Positions 49,612-58,246 of a stretch of 64,000 nucleotides of DNA are shown one piece after another. The stretch spans positions 5,815-69,814 of the forward strand of contig CAYUSP010000009.1 of the NCBI GenBank assembly GCA_964447405.1, in the 5' to 3' direction. A program made the translations under genes and the position numbers. How positions within the stretch are numbered: position 1 is the stretch's first letter; the number at the start of each line of letters is the position of its first letter. This DNA comes from an uncultured Nitrospiraceae bacterium. GTDB taxonomy: Bacteria > Nitrospirota > UBA9217. The notes under the pieces were generated by a model. It was not told the origin of the DNA and did no database searches. It saw nothing but the letters and a program-made list of their open reading frames with translations.

Positions 49612-49995
49612 TTATAATTCTTTCATACACTGCAATGCCAACATATGAAGGTCTTTGCCTTTCCTTATCGTCAAGGCACTTCTTTTTAAATTTGATTTAG
49701 TACAGGTCACGCTGGTCGATATAGCGACATCTTCACTTGTCATGCACGAAAGCGTTTTGGTTTCATAAATAGTGCGATCTTTATCCCCTTGGCTAGTTAT
49801 AGTTTCTGAAACTTGACACCATATTTGCGTATTCTTTAAGTAGAAATCATGTGCCTTTTTTTGCAAGGATATTGGTGTGTCAATAATATCCTTACCCGGA
49901 GGAGGAGAATAATATAAATACCATTCTGCATTGGCAGTTGAAAATGAAAATACATTTGCCATGACTATGATACTTATAAATATTGTGAATCGCAC
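49612..49995 (-). CDS. small secreted protein (127 aa, 4 Cys), unknown function
   Basis: Signal peptide MRFTIFISIIVMANVFSFSTANA. GTG start. Confidence 0.55.
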   Translation of the reverse strand: MRFTIFISIIVMANVFSFSTANAEWYLYYSPPPGKDIIDTPISLQKKAHDFYLKNTQIWCQVSETITSQGDKDRTIYETKTLSCMTSEDVAISTSVTCTKSNLKRSALTIRKGKDLHMLALQCMKEL

Positions 49996-50040
49996 TTAAC
50001 CGCACCATCCTTTCATCTCACTATAGTAGAATCAGGCATT

Positions 50041-50073
50041 AATTATTAAAGGCTCTATAATAAATAGAGCCTT
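50041..50073 (-). terminator. hairpin terminator after the 99-aa gene
   Basis: Perfect 10-bp stem AAGGCTCTAT/ATAGAGCCTT with a 5-nt loop, followed on the minus strand by TTAATAATT. Confidence 0.5.
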
Positions 50074-50101
50074 CTGTAATGGTCTGCATGTCAATGCTCT
50101 A

Positions 50102-50401
50102 CTAATAGCGTTTGCGAGTTGATTTATTATTACTGTAAGGATTGTCATAAATACTATTGTTATTTGCGGGTGGCTTATCATCCCAAGTTGAAGATCTTCT
50201 CCCCTGTTCGCCAGTGAAGGGATTCGTATTGGGACTCACAGACCAGTTGTTATTGTAGCTATTATCGGGCGATGATCTAAAGTGTGGCTCAACATATGTG
50301 CCATCACTTTTATAATATCCTCTAACGTATTCGCCTGCTAAAGCGTTATTGATTATTACAAACAAGAACAATAACGATAGAACTACTAGTTTTCTAATCA
50401 T
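50102..50401 (-). CDS. small secreted protein with a YxxDGTYVxPHxRSxPD motif
   Basis: Signal peptide MIRKLVVLSLLFLFVIINNALA, followed by GYYKSDGTYVEPHFRSSPDNSYNNNWS...NTNPFTGEQG. This motif recurs in many small bacterial proteins of unknown function. Confidence 0.65.
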   Translation of the reverse strand: MIRKLVVLSLLFLFVIINNALAGEYVRGYYKSDGTYVEPHFRSSPDNSYNNNWSVSPNTNPFTGEQGRRSSTWDDKPPANNNSIYDNPYSNNKSTRKRY

Positions 50402-50733
50402 AGTCGCATTCCTTTCTTACTTTCGGATTTAGTTCCTGATGTGCGGAGTCTATAGGTAACCATATCTCTATGTCAAGTTGTTGCATGGACGCTTGACTGT
50501 GGTAATCACACATAAAATGCTACTTTATGCAAATGCCACAATCACGGAGTTCCAGAGGGAGTTTCAGAGGGTCACGTCTACTTTCTTGCCATTCCCTCTT
50601 TCCGCTTGTCCGATAAGAACTTTCGGGTACCTTTCCGAGACGTTGTGACCGAAGTGAACTTAATCTATTCTCCATTTGGGTCACTACGTCCCCATAGATG
50701 TCCCCTACGTCCTGACCTTAAACGGTCCATAGA

Positions 50734-51507
50734 TCACGATAGACGCTGATCGCGTCGCATTTCCAAATAGCCTTCCAACTCATCAATAGCTACCTCCATT
50801 GTACGGTTACCTTGACGTCGATAGAGATGCAAGCCATTATTTTGATTTAAAAACGCCAATTTTTTTCTATCCAAGACTTGAATTCGCGCGATATAGAGGC
50901 CGTCAACCTCAATAAATACTACGTCCACATAATCATTAATTGGAGAACCATCCTTGAACTTGCCAGTAATCTGATTTCTCAACTCAAGCTGCCATCTATC
51001 GGCGTTAAAGTCAGCGCAGCCCAGCAGAATACAATCGTCGCGAAGACCAATAGGTTGTGCGTCATCAGACACACCCGCAAATAGCACACCGCCTCCACTA
51101 TTCAGAAACGCTGCTATTGTCTTTAATGCGGAGAAGAGTACCACATCGGATTTTAACTGCTGATGTGGCGTTCCAGGTACCGCAGCCGCACGTTTATGAT
51201 CATATAGGAGTGATGATTTATATTCTCTCGCGGATGTTTCGCCTTGACGCAACTCAAGCGTTACAGTCAAGGCAGAGTGCTGACCGCGTTCAGAGGAACG
51301 CATAATGCGCGGGGTAGTAAAGTCTCCCGTGGATAGCGGAGGTATAAGATCGAAGGACCAATCTGATGTAAATTTTCTGACAGAATCTAATTGATCAAGC
51401 GCCATGCCTTTAGCATCAAGGGCGGATATGAGAGCATTCAACGTTACCTCACAACCAGAGGCAAGGGCAGATGCTACTATTTTTTGAAGCTCAGGTGTAA
51501 TACTCAT
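50734..51507 (-). CDS. AlbA_2 (Schlafen-type, divergent AAA-4) domain protein with an unknown ~90-aa N-domain
   Basis: EYKSSL...LKTIAAFLNSGGGVLFAGVSDDAQPIGL matches the AlbA_2 core. The start is either ATG 51507 or TTG 51522, which abuts the upstream stop. Confidence 0.7.
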   Translation of the reverse strand: MSITPELQKIVASALASGCEVTLNALISALDAKGMALDQLDSVRKFTSDWSFDLIPPLSTGDFTTPRIMRSSERGQHSALTVTLELRQGETSAREYKSSLLYDHKRAAAVPGTPHQQLKSDVVLFSALKTIAAFLNSGGGVLFAGVSDDAQPIGLRDDCILLGCADFNADRWQLELRNQITGKFKDGSPINDYVDVVFIEVDGLYIARIQVLDRKKLAFLNQNNGLHLYRRQGNRTMEVAIDELEGYLEMRRDQRLS

Positions 51508-51522
51508 AGAGTAAGCTGCCAA

Positions 51523-53451
51523 TTATATTGTAATTGTCATCCGTCCGAGGAGGTCCTCAACCATAAGCTCCGCTCGGTGACTCCAAAACTCTCGCAATCC
51601 ATCGGCGCCATTTCGCAAGGAATTGAAGCATGTTTCATCTATGTAGGCTCTCTGCAAAATCGCCGAAGAATGAGCGAACTCAATCTGCCGCTCAATTAAA
51701 ACTTGGCCAGGATTCTTTGCTTTCCATATATTGTTAGATTGCCGACTAAGCGGCATAAGATTACAGACTGCATTGGCCCAATCACGCCCGGCACGCCGCT
51801 CATCAAGCAATTCAGCAAGTCCACCAGCACGGTTATTTCTGCACCAGTCTCTCGGATAAATATGGTGGAGTTGCACTGCAGATTCCTGCTGAGGAAATCT
51901 GAGACTTATGTTGTCATCCAGCAAATCTTTATCTGCCGCAGCAAGCATGGGAAGGTATAAAGCCTTCTGCATCGCACCGCCTGGTCGTCCATCAGTTATG
52001 TACTCTGCTAGATCTTCTCGTGATGGAAGCGGTTTCCCGATGAGCTGCCCAAGCTCTTGATCAATAGCTGCAGCCCATTGCGCACCAGTGTTATAGTTAC
52101 GTCGCTTGTTGAGTAGACGCTTGAGGTCCTTAATATCAACGCCGAGTTGAGTTAGGAAGCCCTGGTCGTATCTATTGGTGAGAGCATTTCTCCAAAAGAA
52201 TGCCTTAAATAACGATGCGAGGTCATCAAGACTCCACCTATGAGTGTCAGGTGCATCAAAGTGGACATGCGCCCGAAGTGCAACGTAAATTGATGAGCTA
52301 ACAGGATATGGACACCACTTCCATGGGAAAAGCCCGCCTGCGACAGTAATTTGAAAATCACGTAAATAGCCCGCAAGCAGTTGATCTGATGACATGAAGA
52401 GCTTCCAATGTTCAGTCGGTGTTGCAAGGAGATCACCAGCCTTGACTGATGTAATTGGAGTAATCGTAGCTCGCCCGACTCTCCGCGCAGGTGTCTTTAT
52501 TTCGAGTGCCACATGACAAGCTGTCGCCATCTGAACCACCAGCTCTGGGCGATCATGTGTATCAGACCAGCCGATTGCGCCCTCCTTTTGCCCGAAGTCA
52601 TCAATCCATTCTCGAAGTCTTACAGGACCTGTAGCCTCGCGTGCGGTGTCCGCATATAGCCAAGAATGAATAAGGTCAACGGTGGATACCTTTGTACCCG
52701 TTGTATTCAGCTTCTCAAATATTTCACAAATGTCCGACAGGGAGTACGTATCTGGAACAATATATACTGCAAGTTTAGTGCGGCTAATTCCTTCGAACGC
52801 ACGCTTTAGAACCGTATTGCGCCGCTCAAGTTCATCCAATTGGGGCATTTGACCATTTGTATAAAAAGCGGGGTCTCGTATCGCTTGAATGTAGCGAAGC
52901 CATTGACCAAGAAATGCTTCACCTGCAATATTGCTTGACAAGGGAAAGCAACCCTGAGATATACATGTGGCATCATTATCAAAATGCCTTGCAGTAACTT
53001 CTGCCTCTTTGAGAAATATAATTTGCTCAAGAGGATCGGACGCAGCGACGTTCAAATAGTATCTTCCTGATGTTCGATAGTCACCATGCGCAGTTCGAAA
53101 CCCCCCGAATGCTAATGCGACCGCTGTGCAACGCTGCAATCCATCCAACACTGCAAATACTTTGCGCGGGTTATCCGGCCCATTACAAAAACTACGGCGT
53201 ATTTCCTCCGCTCCATGGTGTTCACGGTCAGCAAGCGAGAGTGGGCCAAGTTCCAGTGATGTATCATCTGCCTGTTCCCAAATTGTTGCCATACCGATAG
53301 GGCGGGCGCACAGAATCGAATGGATTAATTCAATTACATCCCCGACCGACCATACAAATTCGCGCTGAAATTGAGGAATTAACCATTCGCGCGATTTCAG
53401 CTTTCTAAGCAGCTCTTCAATTGTTAAACTTGTTACCGATAAATCTGCCAT
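51523..53451 (-). CDS. GmrSD-like DUF262 (ParB-like NTPase) plus DUF1524 (His-Me/HNH-like nuclease) protein
   Basis: N-terminal IPQFQREFVW and LDGLQR motifs. C-terminal LHHIYPRDW ... NLMPLSRQSNNIWKAKNP. Confidence 0.8.
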   Translation of the reverse strand: MADLSVTSLTIEELLRKLKSREWLIPQFQREFVWSVGDVIELIHSILCARPIGMATIWEQADDTSLELGPLSLADREHHGAEEIRRSFCNGPDNPRKVFAVLDGLQRCTAVALAFGGFRTAHGDYRTSGRYYLNVAASDPLEQIIFLKEAEVTARHFDNDATCISQGCFPLSSNIAGEAFLGQWLRYIQAIRDPAFYTNGQMPQLDELERRNTVLKRAFEGISRTKLAVYIVPDTYSLSDICEIFEKLNTTGTKVSTVDLIHSWLYADTAREATGPVRLREWIDDFGQKEGAIGWSDTHDRPELVVQMATACHVALEIKTPARRVGRATITPITSVKAGDLLATPTEHWKLFMSSDQLLAGYLRDFQITVAGGLFPWKWCPYPVSSSIYVALRAHVHFDAPDTHRWSLDDLASLFKAFFWRNALTNRYDQGFLTQLGVDIKDLKRLLNKRRNYNTGAQWAAAIDQELGQLIGKPLPSREDLAEYITDGRPGGAMQKALYLPMLAAADKDLLDDNISLRFPQQESAVQLHHIYPRDWCRNNRAGGLAELLDERRAGRDWANAVCNLMPLSRQSNNIWKAKNPGQVLIERQIEFAHSSAILQRAYIDETCFNSLRNGADGLREFWSHRAELMVEDLLGRMTITI

Positions 53452-53480
53452 AATCTGTCTCCTTCTTCAAATTTAGGGGT

Positions 53481-53505
53481 CTTGGGGGGAACTTTGGGGA
53501 CGTTG
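53481..53505 (-). repeat. right inverted repeat at the edge of the AT-richer island
   Basis: The reverse complement reads CAACGTCCCCAAAGTTCCCCCCAAG. Confidence 0.55.
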
Positions 53506-53509
53506 GTTC

Positions 53510-53878
53510 TCAAAATGCTTTCCTCACGCCCTTCGCTCGACCTCTTCCGTAGTTCGCGGCGGTTTCCGCCACCCGCATGCCCGCCGCTTTCTTCTCCGGC
53601 TCGAACGTCACGCGCACCCGTGCGTGCAGGACCTTCGCCACCCTGCGCAGGGTGCTGAGAGAATGTCCTTCATAGCCAGGTGATTCCAGACGGCTGATCT
53701 GCTGCTGCGAAACCTTAAGGAGCTTTGCCAGGTCGTTCTGGGAAAGGCCCGCCTGCGTGCGAAGGGCCGCGATCTGGAGCGCCACGTCCCATGCCTCCCC
53801 GGCACGTTCGAAACGGGCGGCAAACTCCGGGTCCTTCAGTTGCTCATCGAGATATTTATCGAAATTCGTCTTTTTCAT
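53510..53878 (-). CDS. XRE-family HTH antitoxin (HigA-like)
   Basis: The HTH is LSQNDLAKLLKVSQQQISRLE. It overlaps the upstream toxin gene by 4 nt. Confidence 0.85.
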   Translation of the reverse strand: MKKTNFDKYLDEQLKDPEFAARFERAGEAWDVALQIAALRTQAGLSQNDLAKLLKVSQQQISRLESPGYEGHSLSTLRRVAKVLHARVRVTFEPEKKAAGMRVAETAANYGRGRAKGVRKAF

Positions 53879-54234
53879 CGTTCAACCCTTTTTATCCAGT
53901 CGCGCATCCGTCCTCTCGCGGTTGCCAGGTCCCGGTCCGGTATGGCCCGGCCCTTATTTCGAATGCCATGCACCGCGACGATCCTGCGGTTCTTCACAAA
54001 AAACCAGAGCACCCGAGTGTTGAGCTTGCCCACGTGGCGCAGTTCAAACAAGCCGTCTCCAAGCGCTTTGGACAGCGGCTCCCGGTGATACTGTCGGTTC
54101 CGCAGTTTCGCGAGACCGGCCACCACGGCCGCGAAATCATCCGGATCAGAGCTCCTGAGCTCGTCCAGAAAATACCGCACAGGGCACGCCCCTGTTTCCG
54201 TTTCATAAAATTCTACTATAAAATCCATAATCAT
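53875..54234 (-). CDS. RelE/ParE-superfamily toxin, Gp49/HigB-like
   Basis: The FYETETGACPVRYFLDEL opening is typical of phage Gp49-like (DUF891) toxins. The toxin-first gene order matches higBA. Confidence 0.8.
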   Translation of the reverse strand: MIMDFIVEFYETETGACPVRYFLDELRSSDPDDFAAVVAGLAKLRNRQYHREPLSKALGDGLFELRHVGKLNTRVLWFFVKNRRIVAVHGIRNKGRAIPDRDLATARGRMRDWIKRVER

Positions 54235-54237
54235 TCA

Positions 54238-54253
54238 ACAACAATATTGTTGT
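54238..54253. promoter_or_regulatory. perfect 16-bp palindrome immediately upstream of the HigB-like gene (candidate operator)
   Basis: ACAACAATATTGTTGT lies 4-19 nt from the start codon. Confidence 0.5.
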
Positions 54254-54400
54254 ACTAGCTGAACACCAGCGGGGAGCAAGTCTGAAGCAAGGCTGAAGGC
54301 TGTATCCGCCCGGTGCCCTGAGGGTGCCCTGAAGGTCAGGTCTTGCGGTTTGACATCTTCCTTTCCGCGCCCTTTTCTCTGCCTTCACTTTCAGCCGTCC

Positions 54401-55246
54401 TCACATCCTCCACTCGATCTTCGGCGCATTCCTCGGCACCAGCCGCTGGTACCTATACTTCGGATACCCCGCCATCAGGACGCCATGGACAGCGTTGTCC
54501 GCAGGAACCTTCAGTGCCTCCCGGAGCGGCTGCCACTGAAGCAATCCGATCATGACAAAGCCGGCCCAGCAGGCACCGAGGCCGAACGTTGGCGCTGCGA
54601 GGTCGAAATAGGCGAGCGCGGAGGTGCAGTCAACAACCCCCAGGCCGTAGGCCTTCGGCGCATGGGCAAACACGAGCACCGGTGCCCCGCGCGTCACGCC
54701 GTCGTACCCCTCTTTCCATCCGTCCACAACACGGTCGAGACGGTAGTTCACCGCTATCGGGGCATTTGCCTTTACCAGCTCCTGCATGTGATCCACGACC
54801 ATGTTGGCCAGCTTCTTCACCTCGTCGCGGGAATTGACCACAAGCCAGCTCACAAGCTGGCTATTCCCTCCCGTGGGCGCGTAACGCGTAAGCTCGATCA
54901 GCTTCTGGAGCTTCTCCTGCTCCACCGGTTTGTCCTGGTACGTGCGGATGGCACGGCGGGAGCGGAGGAACTGCTCGGCCTGTGCAGGCGACAGGCTGAG
55001 CGCCCGGTCAATGGCCGGGAAGTCCTCATGCTTCAGCATCGAATGGGTGAACGCGCCGTGCGGACAGACCGCGACGCAGTGGCCGCACCGGATGCACCGC
55101 TCCGCCGCGTCCGGCGTCGGCTCGGGCGTGGAGGTAGCGTCTTTCATAGCGATGATCTTGATGGGGCATTCGGCAACGCAGATGCCGTCGCGTTTGCATT
55201 TCTTGTCGTCGATCGTAAACAAGCTCACGAAGCCTCCAGCATGCAA
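54401..55246 (-). CDS. nitroreductase-family protein with an N-terminal 2x[4Fe-4S] ferredoxin domain
   Basis: CVAECP and CIRCGHCVAVCP motifs, followed by a nitroreductase fold (RRAIRTY...APTGGNSQ). Confidence 0.85.
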   Translation of the reverse strand: MHAGGFVSLFTIDDKKCKRDGICVAECPIKIIAMKDATSTPEPTPDAAERCIRCGHCVAVCPHGAFTHSMLKHEDFPAIDRALSLSPAQAEQFLRSRRAIRTYQDKPVEQEKLQKLIELTRYAPTGGNSQLVSWLVVNSRDEVKKLANMVVDHMQELVKANAPIAVNYRLDRVVDGWKEGYDGVTRGAPVLVFAHAPKAYGLGVVDCTSALAYFDLAAPTFGLGACWAGFVMIGLLQWQPLREALKVPADNAVHGVLMAGYPKYRYQRLVPRNAPKIEWRM

Positions 55247-55360
55247 TAATAATTATGAATGATGAGTTAAAAATTAAGAAGTCACTTCTTACGGAAACAG
55301 ACCCACGTCATTAAGAATTAAGAGCGAACCAATGGTTAGATCGTCGCGGTTTGACATTCC

Positions 55361-55687
55361 CTACGCCGCAGCCTTATGCGCTTCCACGCGGAGTTTCACT
55401 CGCTCATTCGTTTGAAGTATTTTGATGATCTCCAGAATGTTATCCGCACGCGGATTGCCGCGCGGACCCAGCATGCGGTGAATGCTCTTGTCCGTCTTTT
55501 TGAGCTTTTTTGCCAGCTGCTGGAAGGTGATGGTCGCGTTGATATAGTCACGGAGCATGGCTTTGCCCGCATCGAGGTCTCCTGCCAGCAGTTCGTTCAC
55601 GGCCTCGGTCAGCATCTGTCTTCTAAATGCCGGATCACTTACCGCACGGTCCATGATAGTTGTTCTGAATTTTCGCGTAATCGACAT
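55361..55687 (-). CDS. addiction-module antidote protein (HTH, HigA-2-like)
   Basis: DYINATITFQQLAKKLKKTDKSIHRMLGPRGNPRADNILEIIKIL is typical of the putative antidote family that pairs with killer proteins. Confidence 0.8.
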   Translation of the reverse strand: MSITRKFRTTIMDRAVSDPAFRRQMLTEAVNELLAGDLDAGKAMLRDYINATITFQQLAKKLKKTDKSIHRMLGPRGNPRADNILEIIKILQTNERVKLRVEAHKAAA

Positions 55688-55696
55688 GGTGTTACC

Positions 55697-55846
55697 TCAT
55701 TTCTGTCTCCATTTGGCCTGCTTATAATCCGCCCAATGCATCTGGGCCGTTTGGATGTCCTTTTGCAGGGTCTTCTTGGCTCCGCCACCAAGCAGGATGA
55801 CCAACTCGTCTCCCTCCTGACCGAAATTGACCTTCTCCATATCCAT
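55697..55846 (-). pseudogene. N-terminally truncated addiction-module killer (RelE-like) remnant, 49 codons
   Basis: MDMEKVNFGQEGDELVILLGGGAKKTLQKDIQTAQMHWADYKQAKWRQK matches only the C-terminal half of the killer family (..LLxGGxKxxQxxDIxxA..). The preceding in-frame codon block ends in the stop of the DUF4395-like gene. Confidence 0.6.
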
Positions 55847-55855
55847 CAAGACCCA

Positions 55856-56491
55856 TCAGGGCCAAACATGCGGCTGTACGCTCCACGCCCCTTGGAACAG
55901 GATGGACAAGATCACAACGCCGCCGATAAAGCCGAGAACGATCAATATCTGGGATACCGATGTTTTTTGGATGTCCTGCCGTGCTTTCGGATCGCAGACC
56001 TCGCCGGGGCAGAACTGAGCCTTCTCCTTATAGATCAGCGGATAGACCTTGCATCCCAGGCAGATGCCGAAGGCAGATTCAAAGAACAGGAAGATCATGC
56101 AGATGAGGCAGATAATGCCCGTTATGGGTCCATAGGCATTGACCAGCACGAGATGCACGAACATTGCGGATGCCAGGACCACGCCGATGACCCAGGCGAA
56201 TTTCTTCTGTTTGGCCCCCACATATTCGGGGACCTGGTTTCTCACGATCAGCCGCCCCATGATCAGGGTGGGGGAGTATCGGGGATTCACCAGGACTCGA
56301 ACGAGGAAGTCAGCGAGAAAGAGGGAAACAACGTACTTTATGGGAAGGAAGTCCTGCTTCAGAATAGCGAACCAAAAGGACGAGAACACGGCCAGAAAGA
56401 GCAGCCCTGCTGCTGCCCGAATCTCCCGCTCATTGAGAACAGGAATCGGATAGCCGGCAACATCATCTCCGAATTGTACTATGCCATTCAT
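55856..56491 (-). CDS. DUF4395-like polytopic membrane protein
   Basis: Four to five TM helices and a CLGC motif. The family assignment is from memory of the domain and is tentative. Confidence 0.5.
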   Translation of the reverse strand: MNGIVQFGDDVAGYPIPVLNEREIRAAAGLLFLAVFSSFWFAILKQDFLPIKYVVSLFLADFLVRVLVNPRYSPTLIMGRLIVRNQVPEYVGAKQKKFAWVIGVVLASAMFVHLVLVNAYGPITGIICLICMIFLFFESAFGICLGCKVYPLIYKEKAQFCPGEVCDPKARQDIQKTSVSQILIVLGFIGGVVILSILFQGAWSVQPHVWP

Positions 56492-56539
56492 TGTGCGTCG
56501 CTCCTTTATAAGGGAAACCAGTATTCCTTAGTAATGGAA

Positions 56540-58246
56540 TTACGTTTTTATCCCGTACTTTTTTATCTTGTAGTACAGGTTCCTCACGGCCGTCTCCAAG
56601 AGCTGCGCCGCCTGCTCCCGATTTCCCCTCGTTTCGTGGAGCGCCCTCTCAATAGCCGCCTTCTCCGCCTCGGCAACAACCTGGTCCAAAGGCCGGATCG
56701 GCCCTGCTGAGGAAGCCAGGATGATCTGCCCGATGCTTTCGCATTCGAAGAGCGGCAGGTGTGTCACTTCGATGGTCTTTTCCGCGGGCTTCATATTGAT
56801 CATGGCCCGCCCGATGATGCTCTCCAATTCCCTCACGTTGCCCGGCCACTGGTATTGTCGCAGCGTATCCATAGCCTCGTCGGTGATGCGCTCCACCTGA
56901 CGTCCGTAATCCTGGTTCAGACGCACGAGCAGGTGGTTCGCGATCTGGGAGATATCCTCTTTGATGCTCCGGAGCGGAGGGATCTGTATAGGAAGCACAT
57001 TCAGGCGATAGTAAAGGTCTTCGCGAAAGGAACCTTCCTTGATCTTCTGCTCCAGTTTTGCATTCGTCGCGGCAATGACCCGCACGTCCACGGAAATGGG
57101 CGCAGTACTGCCGACCTTCATGATCTCCTTTTCCTGAAGCACCCGCAGGAGTTTTTTCTGGAGGGGCGCCGTGATATCTCCGATCTCATCAAGAAAGATG
57201 GTGCCCCGGCTCGCTTCTTCAAAGAGGCCCCGCTTGCCGCCCTTGGATGCCCCGGTAAAGGCGCCTTCCTCATACCCGAACAGTTCGCTCTCAAGCAATT
57301 GTTCAGGCAGGGCAGCGCAGTTCACGCGCACGAACTGACCGCGGCTCCTGCGGCTCGCGTTGTGGATCGCGTGGGCAAAAAGCTCTTTGCCCGTTCCGCT
57401 CTCGCCGCGGAGAAGCACCGTCGCGGGCGTCTCGGCAGCGCGCATGGCATGCTCCTTGGCGATATTCAACGCAACGCTCGAGCCGACAATATCATCCCAG
57501 GTATAGCGCGCTTCGAGCCGCCGGATGAGCTTCCTGGCGTGGGCAAGCTCCTCGGTCAGGGCCATAATCTCCGAGATGTCGTGGATCGTTCCCACGCTGC
57601 CGCGGATTGCGCCGTCGATGAAGATCGGCGCCACGCTCACAATGACTTCGCGCTTCGCAGGACCGACCTTCATGCGGACATTCCTGACCGGCTTGCCGGT
57701 CTTCAGTATCTGGAGATGCATGCTGTCGCCCTCTGCGATGTCGACAGTAACCGGCTTGTTCAGCACAGCCTCTCGCGACAGGCCGGTGATCCGCGTATAT
57801 GCCGAGTTGACGATGATCGTGTTGCCCAGCTCGTCAGCAACGGATATGGCATCCTCGGTCGCGTCGATCACGGCCTCCAGCAGGTTGCGCGCCTTCCAGA
57901 GGTCCGACACCCGGTCCGTCAGCGCCTTGAACTCCGTGATGTCGCGAAACACGGCAACAGCGCCGGCAATCGCGCCGCTGTCGTCATGCAGGGGGACCCT
58001 GTTTGTGATGATAGCCGCGCCGCCAATGCTCTGCTGCTGGTTGAGCTCCGGCTTGCCCTGAGCGAGCACGACATGCAGGCGGGTGTTGGGAATTACATCA
58101 ACAGCCTTGTGTCCGAGGACATCAGCCGCTTTAAGCCCGGTGATGCGCTCCGCAGCGCGATTAAAGAGGGTAACGATCCCGACCCCGTCAATGGCGATCA
58201 TGCCATCATAGGTGGAGTCCAATATTTTTTCTATCTCGAGGTTCAT
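56540..58246 (-). CDS. PAS-domain sigma-54-dependent transcriptional activator (Fis-family HTH)
   Basis: Three PAS-like repeats, AAA+ [23 protein letters not shown] and a C-terminal HTH. ATG 58246 is preferred. Confidence 0.9.
   Translation of the reverse strand: MNLEIEKILDSTYDGMIAIDGVGIVTLFNRAAERITGLKAADVLGHKAVDVIPNTRLHVVLAQGKPELNQQQSIGGAAIITNRVPLHDDSGAIAGAVAVFRDITEFKALTDRVSDLWKARNLLEAVIDATEDAISVADELGNTIIVNSAYTRITGLSREAVLNKPVTVDIAEGDSMHLQILKTGKPVRNVRMKVGPAKREVIVSVAPIFIDGAIRGSVGTIHDISEIMALTEELAHARKLIRRLEARYTWDDIVGSSVALNIAKEHAMRAAETPATVLLRGESGTGKELFAHAIHNASRRSRGQFVRVNCAALPEQLLESELFGYEEGAFTGASKGGKRGLFEEASRGTIFLDEIGDITAPLQKKLLRVLQEKEIMKVGSTAPISVDVRVIAATNAKLEQKIKEGSFREDLYYRLNVLPIQIPPLRSIKEDISQIANHLLVRLNQDYGRQVERITDEAMDTLRQYQWPGNVRELESIIGRAMINMKPAEKTIEVTHLPLFECESIGQIILASSAGPIRPLDQVVAEAEKAAIERALHETRGNREQAAQLLETAVRNLYYKIKKYGIKT

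Noticed and set aside
49029-50733. Integron-style cassette array formed by the small co-oriented ORFs.
   Set aside because: There are no attC-like RYYYAAC/GTTRRRY inverted cores at the ORF boundaries and no intI. At least one ORF has its own promoter-like element and terminator hairpin.
54345-55357. The 12-mer GCGGTTTGACAT, present at 54345-54356 and 55346-55357.
   Set aside because: Exact 12-mer coincidences are expected many times by chance among all position pairs in 64 kb. The flanking bases do not extend the match.
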